The notes below the pieces were generated by a model. That model worked only from the letters and a program-made list of their open reading frames with translations. It was not told where the DNA came from and made no database searches. 32,000 nucleotides of DNA from Pseudoalteromonas translucida KMM 520 (GTDB lineage: Bacteria > Pseudomonadota > Gammaproteobacteria > Enterobacterales > Alteromonadaceae), in NCBI RefSeq assembly GCF_001465295.1, contig NZ_CP011034.1, forward strand, positions 1,320,001 to 1,352,000. Direction: 5' to 3'. The position numbers were made by a program, and so were the translations under genes. Positions 5,982 through 14,755 of the stretch are shown piece by piece (within the stretch, counting starts at the first letter, position 1; each line of letters starts with the position of its first letter).

Positions 5982-7714
5982 TGCAGCCTAAAACAGCTAA
6001 ATACCCCAAAAGCACGTGGCTTACGCAAGAAGAGCGCTTTAATTTAGATGAAGCTGAGTTGTTTGAACGCTGCGACCCATACCTAGATTGTTGGTGGTGG
6101 CGCATAAACAACTTATACATCATTGCTAACGAAAAGGGCCAAGAGGTTTTGTTTCGTTGCCGTATAGCGCAAACCGTATTGTTTATGACGATGTGGTTTT
6201 TAAACATTATCTTAAAAGCGCGGCAATTGGGCTTCAGTACAGCAATACAGGTTTTTATCCTGGACCATGCCATGTTTAACGATAACAGGCAGTGCGGGGT
6301 AATTGCTCAGGGTAAAGACGAAGCGGGCGCTATATTCTCGTCAAAGATACTTTACCCCTACGAACGGCTACCGAATTTCTTAAAGACGGGCAAGCGCTCA
6401 GTTAAAAGCAAGACGGGTACCGGGATTAAATTTAACAATGATTCGTGGATAAGGGTTGCAGTATCGTTTCGTTCGGGAACGCTGCAGGTTTTACACGTAT
6501 CAGAATACGGCAAGATATGCGCTAACTACCCATTGCGGGCAGATGAAGTGCAATCGGGCTCGTTTAACGCCGTACATGAGGACTCTTACATATTTGTAGA
6601 GTCAACAGCCGAAGGCGCAACCGGCAATTTCTTTGATATGTCAGTCGATGCGATGGAGCTATTAGCGTCCGGGATTGATTTATCACAGCAAGATTTTAAG
6701 TTTCACTTTTACCCTTGGTTTGATGATCCTAAGTATGTAGCCCCGGTACCACCAGGCGGCCTAAAACTTTCAAAGGAAAAAGTTAAATACTTTGCGTCAG
6801 TTGAAGCGGCAAACGGCGCAACGCTAACAGACGAGCAAATTAGCTGGTACATAGGCAAAGAGCGTAACCAAAAAGGCAAGATGAAGCAGGAATATCCATC
6901 TACACCGATGGAGGCTTTTTTAACGTCGGGCCGTAAAGTATTTGATAGCGATGATTTAATGCGTGCCGAAGGGCGATGCGTTAAGCCATTAATTGTTTAT
7001 GACATTGAGCCATACACCGGCAAGCTTAAAAAAATGAACGGTAAAGTTGATTTAAGCGTAAGAGGCGGCGACAAACTTGCTCAGTCAACGCTTGGGTACC
7101 TACTTATTTGGGAATTACCCGACGATAACGAAGATTATGCGATCGGCGGCGATGTTGCAGAAGGACTTGAACATGGCGATCGCAGCTCATTAGACGTTGT
7201 TGCCAGTTCAGACGGGCGACAGGTAGCGCATTGGTTTGGTCATATAGACCCTAAGCGGTTTGCACATATAAATAAGCATATCGGATTAATGTATAACAAG
7301 GCTTATATCGGCATTGAGCGAAACAATCACGGTCATGCAACACTTCAAGAGCTTGTTGATATTTACCCAACGAGCCGGATTTACACGGAAGAGCACATTG
7401 ATCGTGAAGATACGGACGAAGAAACCCGCAAAGTAGGCTGGAATACAACTGCGCAATCAAAGCCAATTTTAACGAGTGGCCTTGATGAGCTGCTTACTCA
7501 CGACAAAGACGGCATTGTTTGGCGCGGCACAGTTAATGAACTCAATACATTTGTTTACGATAAAAAAGGCCGCATGGGCGCACAGCCTGGCGGGTTTGAT
7601 GATCAGGTGATGAGCTATGCAATTGCGCAAGAAATGCGAGTAAGAATGCCTAAGCGGCTAATTAAAGACAATACACCAGCACCCCATAACCCTAACTCTT
7701 GGATGGCACGATAA
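5981..7714 (+). CDS. Terminase large subunit
   Basis: 577 aa. It has the ILKARQLGFST motif typical of the Terminase_6-type ATPase N-domain, and a C-terminal nuclease-like FDDQVMSYAIA. Its position is between TerS and the portal. Confidence 0.9.
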   Translation: MQPKTAKYPKSTWLTQEERFNLDEAELFERCDPYLDCWWWRINNLYIIANEKGQEVLFRCRIAQTVLFMTMWFLNIILKARQLGFSTAIQVFILDHAMFNDNRQCGVIAQGKDEAGAIFSSKILYPYERLPNFLKTGKRSVKSKTGTGIKFNNDSWIRVAVSFRSGTLQVLHVSEYGKICANYPLRADEVQSGSFNAVHEDSYIFVESTAEGATGNFFDMSVDAMELLASGIDLSQQDFKFHFYPWFDDPKYVAPVPPGGLKLSKEKVKYFASVEAANGATLTDEQISWYIGKERNQKGKMKQEYPSTPMEAFLTSGRKVFDSDDLMRAEGRCVKPLIVYDIEPYTGKLKKMNGKVDLSVRGGDKLAQSTLGYLLIWELPDDNEDYAIGGDVAEGLEHGDRSSLDVVASSDGRQVAHWFGHIDPKRFAHINKHIGLMYNKAYIGIERNNHGHATLQELVDIYPTSRIYTEEHIDREDTDEETRKVGWNTTAQSKPILTSGLDELLTHDKDGIVWRGTVNELNTFVYDKKGRMGAQPGGFDDQVMSYAIAQEMRVRMPKRLIKDNTPAPHNPNSWMAR

Positions 7715-7717
7715 CAG

Positions 7718-9814
7718 ATGGCTGATCACGTAAAATCAAATAAAGACGGCTTTACGCTAGATAAGCTGTTAACCCTGCTTGGCGATATTGACAGCCAACC
7801 CGATTGGCGCACGCCAGCAACTAAAGCGTGTGCGTACTATGACGGCGACCAATTAAGCGAAGCGGTAAGAAAAGTATTACGCGATCGCGGACAGCCCGAA
7901 ATAGTGCACAACATGATTGGGCCAACTATTGATGGTGTATTAGGCCTTGAAGCCCGATCACGTTCAGATCTAATGATTGTTGCCGATGATGAAAACGGTG
8001 ATGAATTAGCGAAAGCATTAAATGAAAAGTTTAAAGACGCCTGGCGTTTATCTCATGCTGATCGTGCTTGCTCGGATGCTTACGCTAGCCAGTTAAAAGC
8101 GGGCATTGGTTGGGTAGAAGTTACTAAAAATCCAATACCTTTTGCAGCAGCTTACCGCGTTAAGTTTATTCACCGTCGCGAAGTGTGGTGGGACTGGAAC
8201 GCACAAGAAGCCGATCGCAGTGATGCACGTTGGATGCTGCGTAAAAAATGGCTAGACCTGGACGAAGCCCTTACTACTTTTCCGGACCACAAAGAAATTT
8301 TAAAGAACTCAGTTAATTTGTGGGAAGATTTTTACAAGACGGTAGATAAAAAGCACGTAGAAGAGCATGGATTACACTCCGCTTGGCACGATAGCCAAAG
8401 CTGGACACGCGGACAAAGCGAATGGCTGGACCAAACTCGCAACCGTGTATTGCTGCAAGTTATTTACTACAAAGTATGGAAGCGCGCGCACATCATTAAA
8501 ATGAGCGATGGCCGTGTTATTGAATACGATAAAAATAACGATATTCACCAGGCTGCGGTACAAAGCGGCAAGGTTACTCTTGAATACGCTGCATTCCCTA
8601 ACGTGCGTGAAGCGTGGTTTGTTGGCCCGCATAGGATTATTGATAGACCAAGTGAAGCGCCTGGCGGCATGTATAACCTAATACCTTTCATTGGCTATCA
8701 AAAAGATGCAAGCGGTGAACCTTATGGACTGATCAGTCGCATGGTACCGGCACAAGATGGCATTAACGCACGCGTTATACGTCTTAACTACTTACTACAA
8801 GCACGACGAGTAATAGCCGATGATGATGCGACGCAGTTAAGTAACGACCGATTAAAAGAAGAAATCGAAAAGCCGGACGGGTACATACCACTTAACCCGG
8901 ACCGTAAAAGCAAGTTAAAGGCGTCAGATGCGTTAAGCATTCAAAACGATGTAGGCATTGCGGCGCAGCAGTTTAACTTAATGCAAAATGATATGAAGCT
9001 TATCCAGGACACAGCCGGCGTTTATAACTCGATGCTAGGCCAGGACAGCAACGCAGTAAGTGGTGTAGCCATTGCAAACTTGGTTGAGCAAGGCACAACA
9101 ACGCTTGCTGAGCTTAATGATAACTTTCACTTTTCACGTAACCGCGTAGGCGACTTGCTACTGGCTTTCATCATTGAAGAGTTAAAGCCGCAAAACAACG
9201 TGCAAGTAACCGCTAATCGCGACGATAAAGCGAAGCGTAAGCAGATTGTACTTAACCAGCCAAATGAAAGTGGCAAGCGTGATAACGATGTAGCGCGCTG
9301 GAAAGGTCACTTAGCGTTAGCACCGGTTAAAGCAACACCAACGTATCGACAGCAGCAAGCAACGCTACTAAGCAATGTAATGAGCCAGATACCGCCAGAA
9401 GCACAAGCAGCAACTATGCCTATGTTTGTTGAATTGATGGACCTACCAAACAAAGAAGAGTTTTTAGCAACACTACGCCAGGCGTTAAACATTCCTAAGC
9501 CGCAAGAGGATATGAACGAAGATGAACTTGCACAAGCTCAAGCCCAGGCTGAAAAAGCACAGGCGATGGAAGAGCTACAAATGCAAGAGATCCAAGGCAA
9601 TATGGAAAAGTTAGCCCTTGAGCGCGAACAGCTAAAAGTCAAAATACTTGAATTACAGAAGAAAACTGAAACAGAAGAAGTTAAAGACGACAAGTTGATA
9701 GCTGAAACTGAAAAGATTTTAAGTGAAGTGCGCCGTAGTAACGCTGAAATAGCAGCTATGAAGTCAAACGTACAAGCGAACATTCAACAACAACTAGACG
9801 CGATACAGGTGTAG
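7718..9814 (+). CDS. Portal protein with a C-terminal coiled-coil extension
   Basis: 698 aa, starting 3 nt after the TerL stop. The last ~100 aa are E/Q/A/K-rich and heptad-like. Called from position and size; no motif recalled. Confidence 0.8.
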   Translation: MADHVKSNKDGFTLDKLLTLLGDIDSQPDWRTPATKACAYYDGDQLSEAVRKVLRDRGQPEIVHNMIGPTIDGVLGLEARSRSDLMIVADDENGDELAKALNEKFKDAWRLSHADRACSDAYASQLKAGIGWVEVTKNPIPFAAAYRVKFIHRREVWWDWNAQEADRSDARWMLRKKWLDLDEALTTFPDHKEILKNSVNLWEDFYKTVDKKHVEEHGLHSAWHDSQSWTRGQSEWLDQTRNRVLLQVIYYKVWKRAHIIKMSDGRVIEYDKNNDIHQAAVQSGKVTLEYAAFPNVREAWFVGPHRIIDRPSEAPGGMYNLIPFIGYQKDASGEPYGLISRMVPAQDGINARVIRLNYLLQARRVIADDDATQLSNDRLKEEIEKPDGYIPLNPDRKSKLKASDALSIQNDVGIAAQQFNLMQNDMKLIQDTAGVYNSMLGQDSNAVSGVAIANLVEQGTTTLAELNDNFHFSRNRVGDLLLAFIIEELKPQNNVQVTANRDDKAKRKQIVLNQPNESGKRDNDVARWKGHLALAPVKATPTYRQQQATLLSNVMSQIPPEAQAATMPMFVELMDLPNKEEFLATLRQALNIPKPQEDMNEDELAQAQAQAEKAQAMEELQMQEIQGNMEKLALEREQLKVKILELQKKTETEEVKDDKLIAETEKILSEVRRSNAEIAAMKSNVQANIQQQLDAIQV

Positions 9815-9816
9815 CG

Positions 9817-10206
9817 ATGAAACAACTAGAAAGTCTTGACCACATACCGGCAGAGCATATGGAGCAGATCAAGGCCATTGCCAAAATGTGCCATGAAGTT
9901 AACCGCGCTTACTGCGCCGCATTACGCGAAGATCAACCAAGTTGGGAAATGGCCCCACAATGGCAAGTTGACTCTGCTATTAAAGGCGTTGCGTTCCACA
10001 TTTTAAACCCTGACGCACCAGCAAGCGCTTCACACGAAAGCTGGATGGCTGAAAAAGTAGTTGCTGGCTGGAAGTATGGCAAGGTGAAAGACGCCAATAA
10101 AAAACAGCATCCTTGCATGGTACCGTTTCATCACCTACCAGTAGAGCAGCAAGCCAAGGACTATATTTTTAGCGCTATCGTTAAGCAAGCTATTCACGCA
10201 GGCTAG
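9817..10206 (+). CDS. RyR-domain protein
   Basis: SHESWMAEKVVAGWKYGKVKDANKKQHPCMVPFHHLPVEQQAKDYIF matches the RyR domain signature (HE-W, GW-YG, K-HP-LVP-LP, K-D). AGGTG RBS. Confidence 0.75.
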   Translation: MKQLESLDHIPAEHMEQIKAIAKMCHEVNRAYCAALREDQPSWEMAPQWQVDSAIKGVAFHILNPDAPASASHESWMAEKVVAGWKYGKVKDANKKQHPCMVPFHHLPVEQQAKDYIFSAIVKQAIHAG

Positions 10207-10233
10207 ATAAAAAACACGTACTACGCAGAAATT

Positions 10234-10265
10234 AAGCCGCTTTGTTAACTCAAGGCGGCTTTTTT
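10234..10265 (+). terminator. Intrinsic terminator between the RyR gene and the scaffold gene
   Basis: AAGCCGCTTTG pairs with CAAGGCGGCTT (one G-T pair), loop TTAACT, T-run 10260-10265. Confidence 0.7.
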
Positions 10266-10270
10266 GTGCG

Positions 10271-11368
10271 ATGCACAAACTCGCAGGGGCAGCGATACGC
10301 CTGAATTTTAATTTTCGTAGCCATACGTTAAATGGTCAATGGGGTAATAAAGTGGACGAACTAGACGAGATATTAGCAAATGGCACTGACGAAGAAATCG
10401 AGGCAGCACTAGCTGGTCTTGATATTGAAGGTGAAACACTATTTGGTGACGAAGATGGCGAAAAAGAGCCTGTAGTAGAAATCAAAGAAGAAGCACCTGC
10501 AGCAGAGCCAAAGCAGGAAGCAAGCGAAGCATCAACTAAAACAGACGTAGAAGGGGAGTCGTCAACCAAAGAAGGTGAAGCGCCAGAGGGTTACGTTGAA
10601 ATTGATGGTGAGTATTACGTAAAAGCAACGGAGGTAAGCAGCAAGAACGGTCAGCACAGTTTACCGTATGACGTACTTGTACAAACGCGAGAGCGAGCAG
10701 CAGCAGCCGAAGCAGAGCGTGAGCGACTAACCACAGAAAAGGCGGAACTTGAAAGTCAGTTTGCTGAAACCAAGCGTGTAGCAGAGTTACACAGCAGCCA
10801 GTTAAAAGAGGCTGGAATGGACCCGCGCAAACTGCCAGGCGAAATGCTTAAAGATCCTGAGCTAATGAATCGTATTAAAGACGAATACCCAGAGCTAGGT
10901 GAATTAGTTAGTGAACTTGCTAACCAAATTCAGCAATACGGCAGCAAGAGCCAGCCAGAACCACAGCAACCCGCTTCACAAAATGAAGTGCAAACCGCGT
11001 TTTCTAGTTCACAGCATTTAAAGCAGTGGATGGAAAGTGACGTTGATAAGTGGGACATGGCAAAGGTTATTGATGACAAGCTCGCAAAAGACCCATTGTT
11101 TGCAAACAAACCAGTAGCAGAACGTTTTAAAGAAGTTGAAAAGCGTGTTCAGAACGCGTTTGGCGAACAGCATAAGCCTAAGCCAAGCAACAACGGAACG
11201 TCTGCACCAATCCCAAATACCCCAACTGATTTAGGCTCGCAAGCCAACGACTCAAGCGCTAACGCAAACTTACTAGATAAAGATGCCGGTACTATCACGG
11301 ATCAAATGGCAAGTATGACCGAAGCGCAAATTGAGGCGATGCTTGAGAGCGCGTCAGATTTTCTCTAG
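10271..11368 (+). CDS. Scaffolding protein (start uncertain: ATG 10271 or GTG 10352)
   Basis: Very acidic and E/A/K/Q-rich with predicted coiled coils, located directly upstream of the capsid gene. ATG 10271 abuts the terminator T-run and has no RBS. GTG 10352 has GGGG 7 nt upstream. Confidence 0.7.
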   Translation: MHKLAGAAIRLNFNFRSHTLNGQWGNKVDELDEILANGTDEEIEAALAGLDIEGETLFGDEDGEKEPVVEIKEEAPAAEPKQEASEASTKTDVEGESSTKEGEAPEGYVEIDGEYYVKATEVSSKNGQHSLPYDVLVQTRERAAAAEAERERLTTEKAELESQFAETKRVAELHSSQLKEAGMDPRKLPGEMLKDPELMNRIKDEYPELGELVSELANQIQQYGSKSQPEPQQPASQNEVQTAFSSSQHLKQWMESDVDKWDMAKVIDDKLAKDPLFANKPVAERFKEVEKRVQNAFGEQHKPKPSNNGTSAPIPNTPTDLGSQANDSSANANLLDKDAGTITDQMASMTEAQIEAMLESASDFL

Positions 11369-11377
11369 GAAATTAAA

Positions 11378-12589
11378 ATGAGCACAATTACTAAAGCGCA
11401 AGCGGCTAAGGCGTTTGGCGCTGCCCTGTTTACCCACACTCGTCGTCAAAATACGTTTGTGAATATGTTAACCGGCGCAGCTCCACAAGCAGCAAAAGCA
11501 GACACGGCACATAACAAAAAGCAAACTGAAAAGGGCGCACCTATTGTTATGATCAACGACTTACAAAGCCAAGCAGGCGACGCGGTAGAAATGGACTTGT
11601 TCCATAATCTAGGCGGTTTGCCAACGATGGGCGATAAAAAACTAGAAGGCCGAGGCGAGAGCTTAAGCAAGACAGTATTTGAATTGCGCATTGACCAAGG
11701 CCGTAAGATGGTTGATAGCGGTGGCAAAATGTCACAAAAACGTACTAAGCATAACTTGCTTACAACAGCTAAAACGCTGTTAGGCAACTACTACAACGAC
11801 CTTAAAGACGAAGTGGCTATGTACCACTTGGCGGGCGCGCGCGGTTCGTTTGCACCGGACGATATTATTATCCCACTTGAAAGCCATGAAGAGTTTAAAG
11901 AAATCATGGTTAACGAAGTATTGGCACCTACATATGACCGCCATATCTTTGGTGGTGATGCGACTAGCCTTGAAAGCATTGATGCTGCGGATATTATGAC
12001 GCTAGAAAAGCTAGATGATTTAGCGCTTATTCTTGAAGAGCAATCAAATCCGATGAAGAACATCACGTTTGAAGCCGATCAGATGGCGAATGAGTCACCG
12101 TTCTTCTTACTATTTGTTACTCCGCGTCAATGGCGTGACCTATGGGCTTCTGCGACTGATAAGAAATTGCAAGAGCTACAATCACGCGCTATCAAACGTG
12201 GTACCGGCTTTAATCACCCGGTATTCAAAGGTGATGTGATCATGTGGCGCAACATTCTTGTTCGTCAATATCGTAAGCCAGTACGCTTCTATGCAGGCGA
12301 TACGGTTACAGTGTCTAACAATGACAGACTTGCAACGACCAAACAGGTTACTGCAGGCGTAGACATTGACCGCGCTATCTTATTAGGTGGCCAGGCACTT
12401 GCTAACGCATACGGTAAGTCTGATTCAGGCTCGCACTTCTCTATGACTACTGAGAAAACCGACCATGGCAACGCCAATGAAACAGCAATCGTATGGATGA
12501 ATGGCTGTAAGAAAGTACGCTTCTCTGATAAGACAGGCCGCGTAAACGATTACGGCACTATGGTCCTTGATACCGCCGTTACGCTTTAA
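11378..12589 (+). CDS. Major capsid protein
   Basis: 403 aa with an AGGAAA RBS, located directly after the scaffold and followed by a hairpin plus T-run. No specific family motif recalled. Confidence 0.8.
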   Translation: MSTITKAQAAKAFGAALFTHTRRQNTFVNMLTGAAPQAAKADTAHNKKQTEKGAPIVMINDLQSQAGDAVEMDLFHNLGGLPTMGDKKLEGRGESLSKTVFELRIDQGRKMVDSGGKMSQKRTKHNLLTTAKTLLGNYYNDLKDEVAMYHLAGARGSFAPDDIIIPLESHEEFKEIMVNEVLAPTYDRHIFGGDATSLESIDAADIMTLEKLDDLALILEEQSNPMKNITFEADQMANESPFFLLFVTPRQWRDLWASATDKKLQELQSRAIKRGTGFNHPVFKGDVIMWRNILVRQYRKPVRFYAGDTVTVSNNDRLATTKQVTAGVDIDRAILLGGQALANAYGKSDSGSHFSMTTEKTDHGNANETAIVWMNGCKKVRFSDKTGRVNDYGTMVLDTAVTL

Positions 12590-12596
12590 TTTAGCT

Positions 12597-12619
12597 GGCG
12601 GCTTAGGTCGCCTTTTATT
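12597..12619 (+). terminator. Weak terminator-like hairpin after the capsid gene
   Basis: GGCGGC / GTCGCC forms a 6-bp stem with one G-T pair, loop TTAG, followed by TTTTATT. Confidence 0.35.
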
Positions 12620-12642
12620 CGTTAACTAATTGGAATAACACC

Positions 12643-13023
12643 ATGAAAGAAACATTTTACAAAGGCGCTGCGGGCAATTTATCAATGCACAGCGTTACCC
12701 TGGCATTATCAGCTTTAGCAGTAAGTGGCGTGGCGGTTGCGTCTGCAAACCTACCTATCGGTACACAAATCACAGCCGTTCGCATTGTTAATGAAGCGCT
12801 TGGTGCTGATACAGAAGTGACAGCACAAGTGGTTAATCGCAATGGCGACTCAACCGATTTAGCTGCGTTCTCAACAGTAGCAGCGGACAACGGCGTCACT
12901 TACATTAAGCCGCACTACATTGGCGATGAAGGTCCTAGCGACTTAGTGGTCAAGAATACCGGCACTGGCGCAGCTACCGGCGAAGTGGTACTGCAAATTG
13001 AGTACCGCTACAAAGGTTACTAA
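12643..13023 (+). CDS. Small beta-rich virion protein, candidate capsid decoration/cement protein
   Basis: 126 aa, rich in G/A/V/T with no TM, located directly after the capsid gene and bracketed by terminators. This position is analogous to the small cement proteins of epsilon15 / BPP-1-type podoviruses. Called from position only. Confidence 0.45.
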   Translation: MKETFYKGAAGNLSMHSVTLALSALAVSGVAVASANLPIGTQITAVRIVNEALGADTEVTAQVVNRNGDSTDLAAFSTVAADNGVTYIKPHYIGDEGPSDLVVKNTGTGAATGEVVLQIEYRYKGY

Positions 13024-13049
13024 GCCTTTTTCGATACACGTTTAAATCT

Positions 13050-13074
13050 AGCCCTGCGTTTGCGGGGCTTTTTT
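13050..13074 (+). terminator. Intrinsic terminator
   Basis: AGCCCTGC / GCGGGGCT forms an 8-bp stem with one G-T pair, loop GTTT, T-run 13069-13074. Confidence 0.75.
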
Positions 13075-13081
13075 ATTGGGA

Positions 13082-13537
13082 ATGACCATGACTACCAAAA
13101 CTAATATTGTCTACATTGGCAGCAAGCCATTTAAAAAAGACACCGTATGCGGTACGCGCTTAGTATTTAAACAGCTAGAGCCGGTACCCGTAGATAATGA
13201 TTTACTGCAACGCTTTTTAAGTTACCCAAAAGTGTGGGTTCTTGAGTCTGAGCTTAAAGACGTTATTGAACGACTAGAAGCAGAGCAAGAAGCGGAACAG
13301 CAAAAGCGTTTAGCCGCGGAAGAAGCTAAGCAGAAAGCCATTAAAGATGCGGACCTTACCGTTGAAATTAGCGGCGAAACTATCGACCTGGGCAAATACA
13401 GTTCTTCACAGCTTGATACCTTCGTTGTTGCGCACGATCTGGTTATTGAAGGCGCTAAAAAGCCGTTACCTGCTTACAAGCTAAGAGTACGTGACGCAGT
13501 ACGTGCACTAACTGCCACTGAAAACGGCGGAGAGTAA
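13082..13537 (+). CDS. Hypothetical virion-module protein
   Basis: The ORF is open from TTG 13076, which lies just past the terminator T-run (13069-13074). ATG 13082 or 13088 is more likely. It has a central EAEQEAEQQKRLAAEEAKQK charged helix. No family recognised. Confidence 0.6.
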   Translation: MTMTTKTNIVYIGSKPFKKDTVCGTRLVFKQLEPVPVDNDLLQRFLSYPKVWVLESELKDVIERLEAEQEAEQQKRLAAEEAKQKAIKDADLTVEISGETIDLGKYSSSQLDTFVVAHDLVIEGAKKPLPAYKLRVRDAVRALTATENGGE

Positions 13538-13540
13538 CCA

Positions 13541-14101
13541 ATGGCGCAACTATCTAGCTTGATCCCGTTAGTTCGTGAGCGCTGCGGGGGCGTTCTTGAT
13601 CAAATGGCAAAGGACCAACTAGGTCGCGCCTATCAAAAGTTTTGTTATGAGTCGCGCTTTTTGGCCCGCATTCAAGAAATTGAGCAAGGGCAAGACGGCG
13701 CGCTTGTTATTGATGATGAACATGTATTTGTGAGTGTTGATTTTGTATTGGATGCTAATGGGCGCGAGCTTAAAAGCGCACAAGATTACACTGTATCTAC
13801 CGGCGGTAAAGTAACAGCGCTCGGCACTACTGCAAAATTACGTGTGTTTTACCATATCGCCCCGCAATTTATGCTGCCTAATGAATTTGAAGCAGATAAC
13901 ACCATTGTTAACCGGTGGGCCGATGCTATCGCAGATGGTGCAGCCGCGAACCTGTCGATGATGCCTAACACCCAATGGACCGACTTATCAAAGTCTGACT
14001 ACTTTAAACGCCGTTTTACCGATGGCTACCGCGATGCCTTCCAGGTTGCTATTGAAGCCCTGGGCGAGCAAAGACCAACACAACCAAGAGTATTTTTCTA
14101 A
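13541..14101 (+). CDS. Hypothetical protein, head-completion/adaptor candidate by position
   Basis: GGAGAG RBS. Translationally coupled to the next gene through a TAATG overlap. Confidence 0.6.
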   Translation: MAQLSSLIPLVRERCGGVLDQMAKDQLGRAYQKFCYESRFLARIQEIEQGQDGALVIDDEHVFVSVDFVLDANGRELKSAQDYTVSTGGKVTALGTTAKLRVFYHIAPQFMLPNEFEADNTIVNRWADAIADGAAANLSMMPNTQWTDLSKSDYFKRRFTDGYRDAFQVAIEALGEQRPTQPRVFF

Positions 14102-14754
14102 TGGCTATAATTACATCAAATGAAATCATGCAGCGCGTTAATAAGTTACTAAACGATCCTGGCTTTACTCGCTGGCCTAAAGACGAGCTATTAAATTACT
14201 TAAACGATGCACAGCGCGCCATTGTATTGCGCCGCCCTGACTCTTACACCGTTGACGTTGACGACTTTGCATGTGTTATCGGGGTAAAACAGTCATTACC
14301 AGCCGATGCGCTTAAATTAATTGATATACCGCGTAACGCTAGCGGCAAAGCTATTCGTGGCCCTTATAATCGCCAAGTTCTAGATGATAACTACGATACC
14401 TGGTATGCGGGCAAAACCGCTACCGAAGTAGAGCTTTATATCTACGACGAGCGCAACCCTAAAACATTTTATGTTTACCCTGGCGTTACGCCTGGCATTG
14501 AGTTGACCTTAGTTTATTCAAAGGCACCGCCGGCAATTGATTCAGCGGCCAATGATTCGGGCGAAGTTATTGCGCTTGATGATGTGTATGTAAACGCCAT
14601 TATTGAATGGGTTTTGTACCGCGCGTATATGAAAGATGCTGAATATGCGGCTAACCCAAACAAGAGCCAAATGCACATGAACGCATTTAGAAGCCAGCTA
14701 GGCGAAAAGAGCCAGGCTGACGTAGCGATGATGAGCGAAGAAAAGGGCAACTAA
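14101..14754 (+). CDS. Hypothetical protein, head-tail connector candidate by position
   Basis: TAATG coupling upstream; the next gene starts 1 nt after its stop. No family recognised. Confidence 0.6.
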   Translation: MAIITSNEIMQRVNKLLNDPGFTRWPKDELLNYLNDAQRAIVLRRPDSYTVDVDDFACVIGVKQSLPADALKLIDIPRNASGKAIRGPYNRQVLDDNYDTWYAGKTATEVELYIYDERNPKTFYVYPGVTPGIELTLVYSKAPPAIDSAANDSGEVIALDDVYVNAIIEWVLYRAYMKDAEYAANPNKSQMHMNAFRSQLGEKSQADVAMMSEEKGN

Positions 14755-14755
14755 C

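Noticed and set aside
3460-10250. The terminators at 3451 and 10234 share the identical TTAACT loop sequence.
   Set aside because: This is a 6-nt match in two hairpins with different stems. It is most simply a coincidence, and no further shared flanking sequence was seen.
1720-12899. Minus-strand track ORFs at 1720-1971, 3011-3208, 3536-3862, 4507-4704, 5095-5359, 5971-6273, 7251-7466, 8372-8632, 9307-9783, 9933-10118, 10336-10569, 11446-12477 and 12657-12899.
   Set aside because: Each lies antisense within a longer, well-supported + strand gene that has an RBS and coupling to its neighbours. Their translations are low-complexity (S/A/L/C-rich) with no recognisable motifs, RBSs or operon logic. 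They are shadow ORFs.
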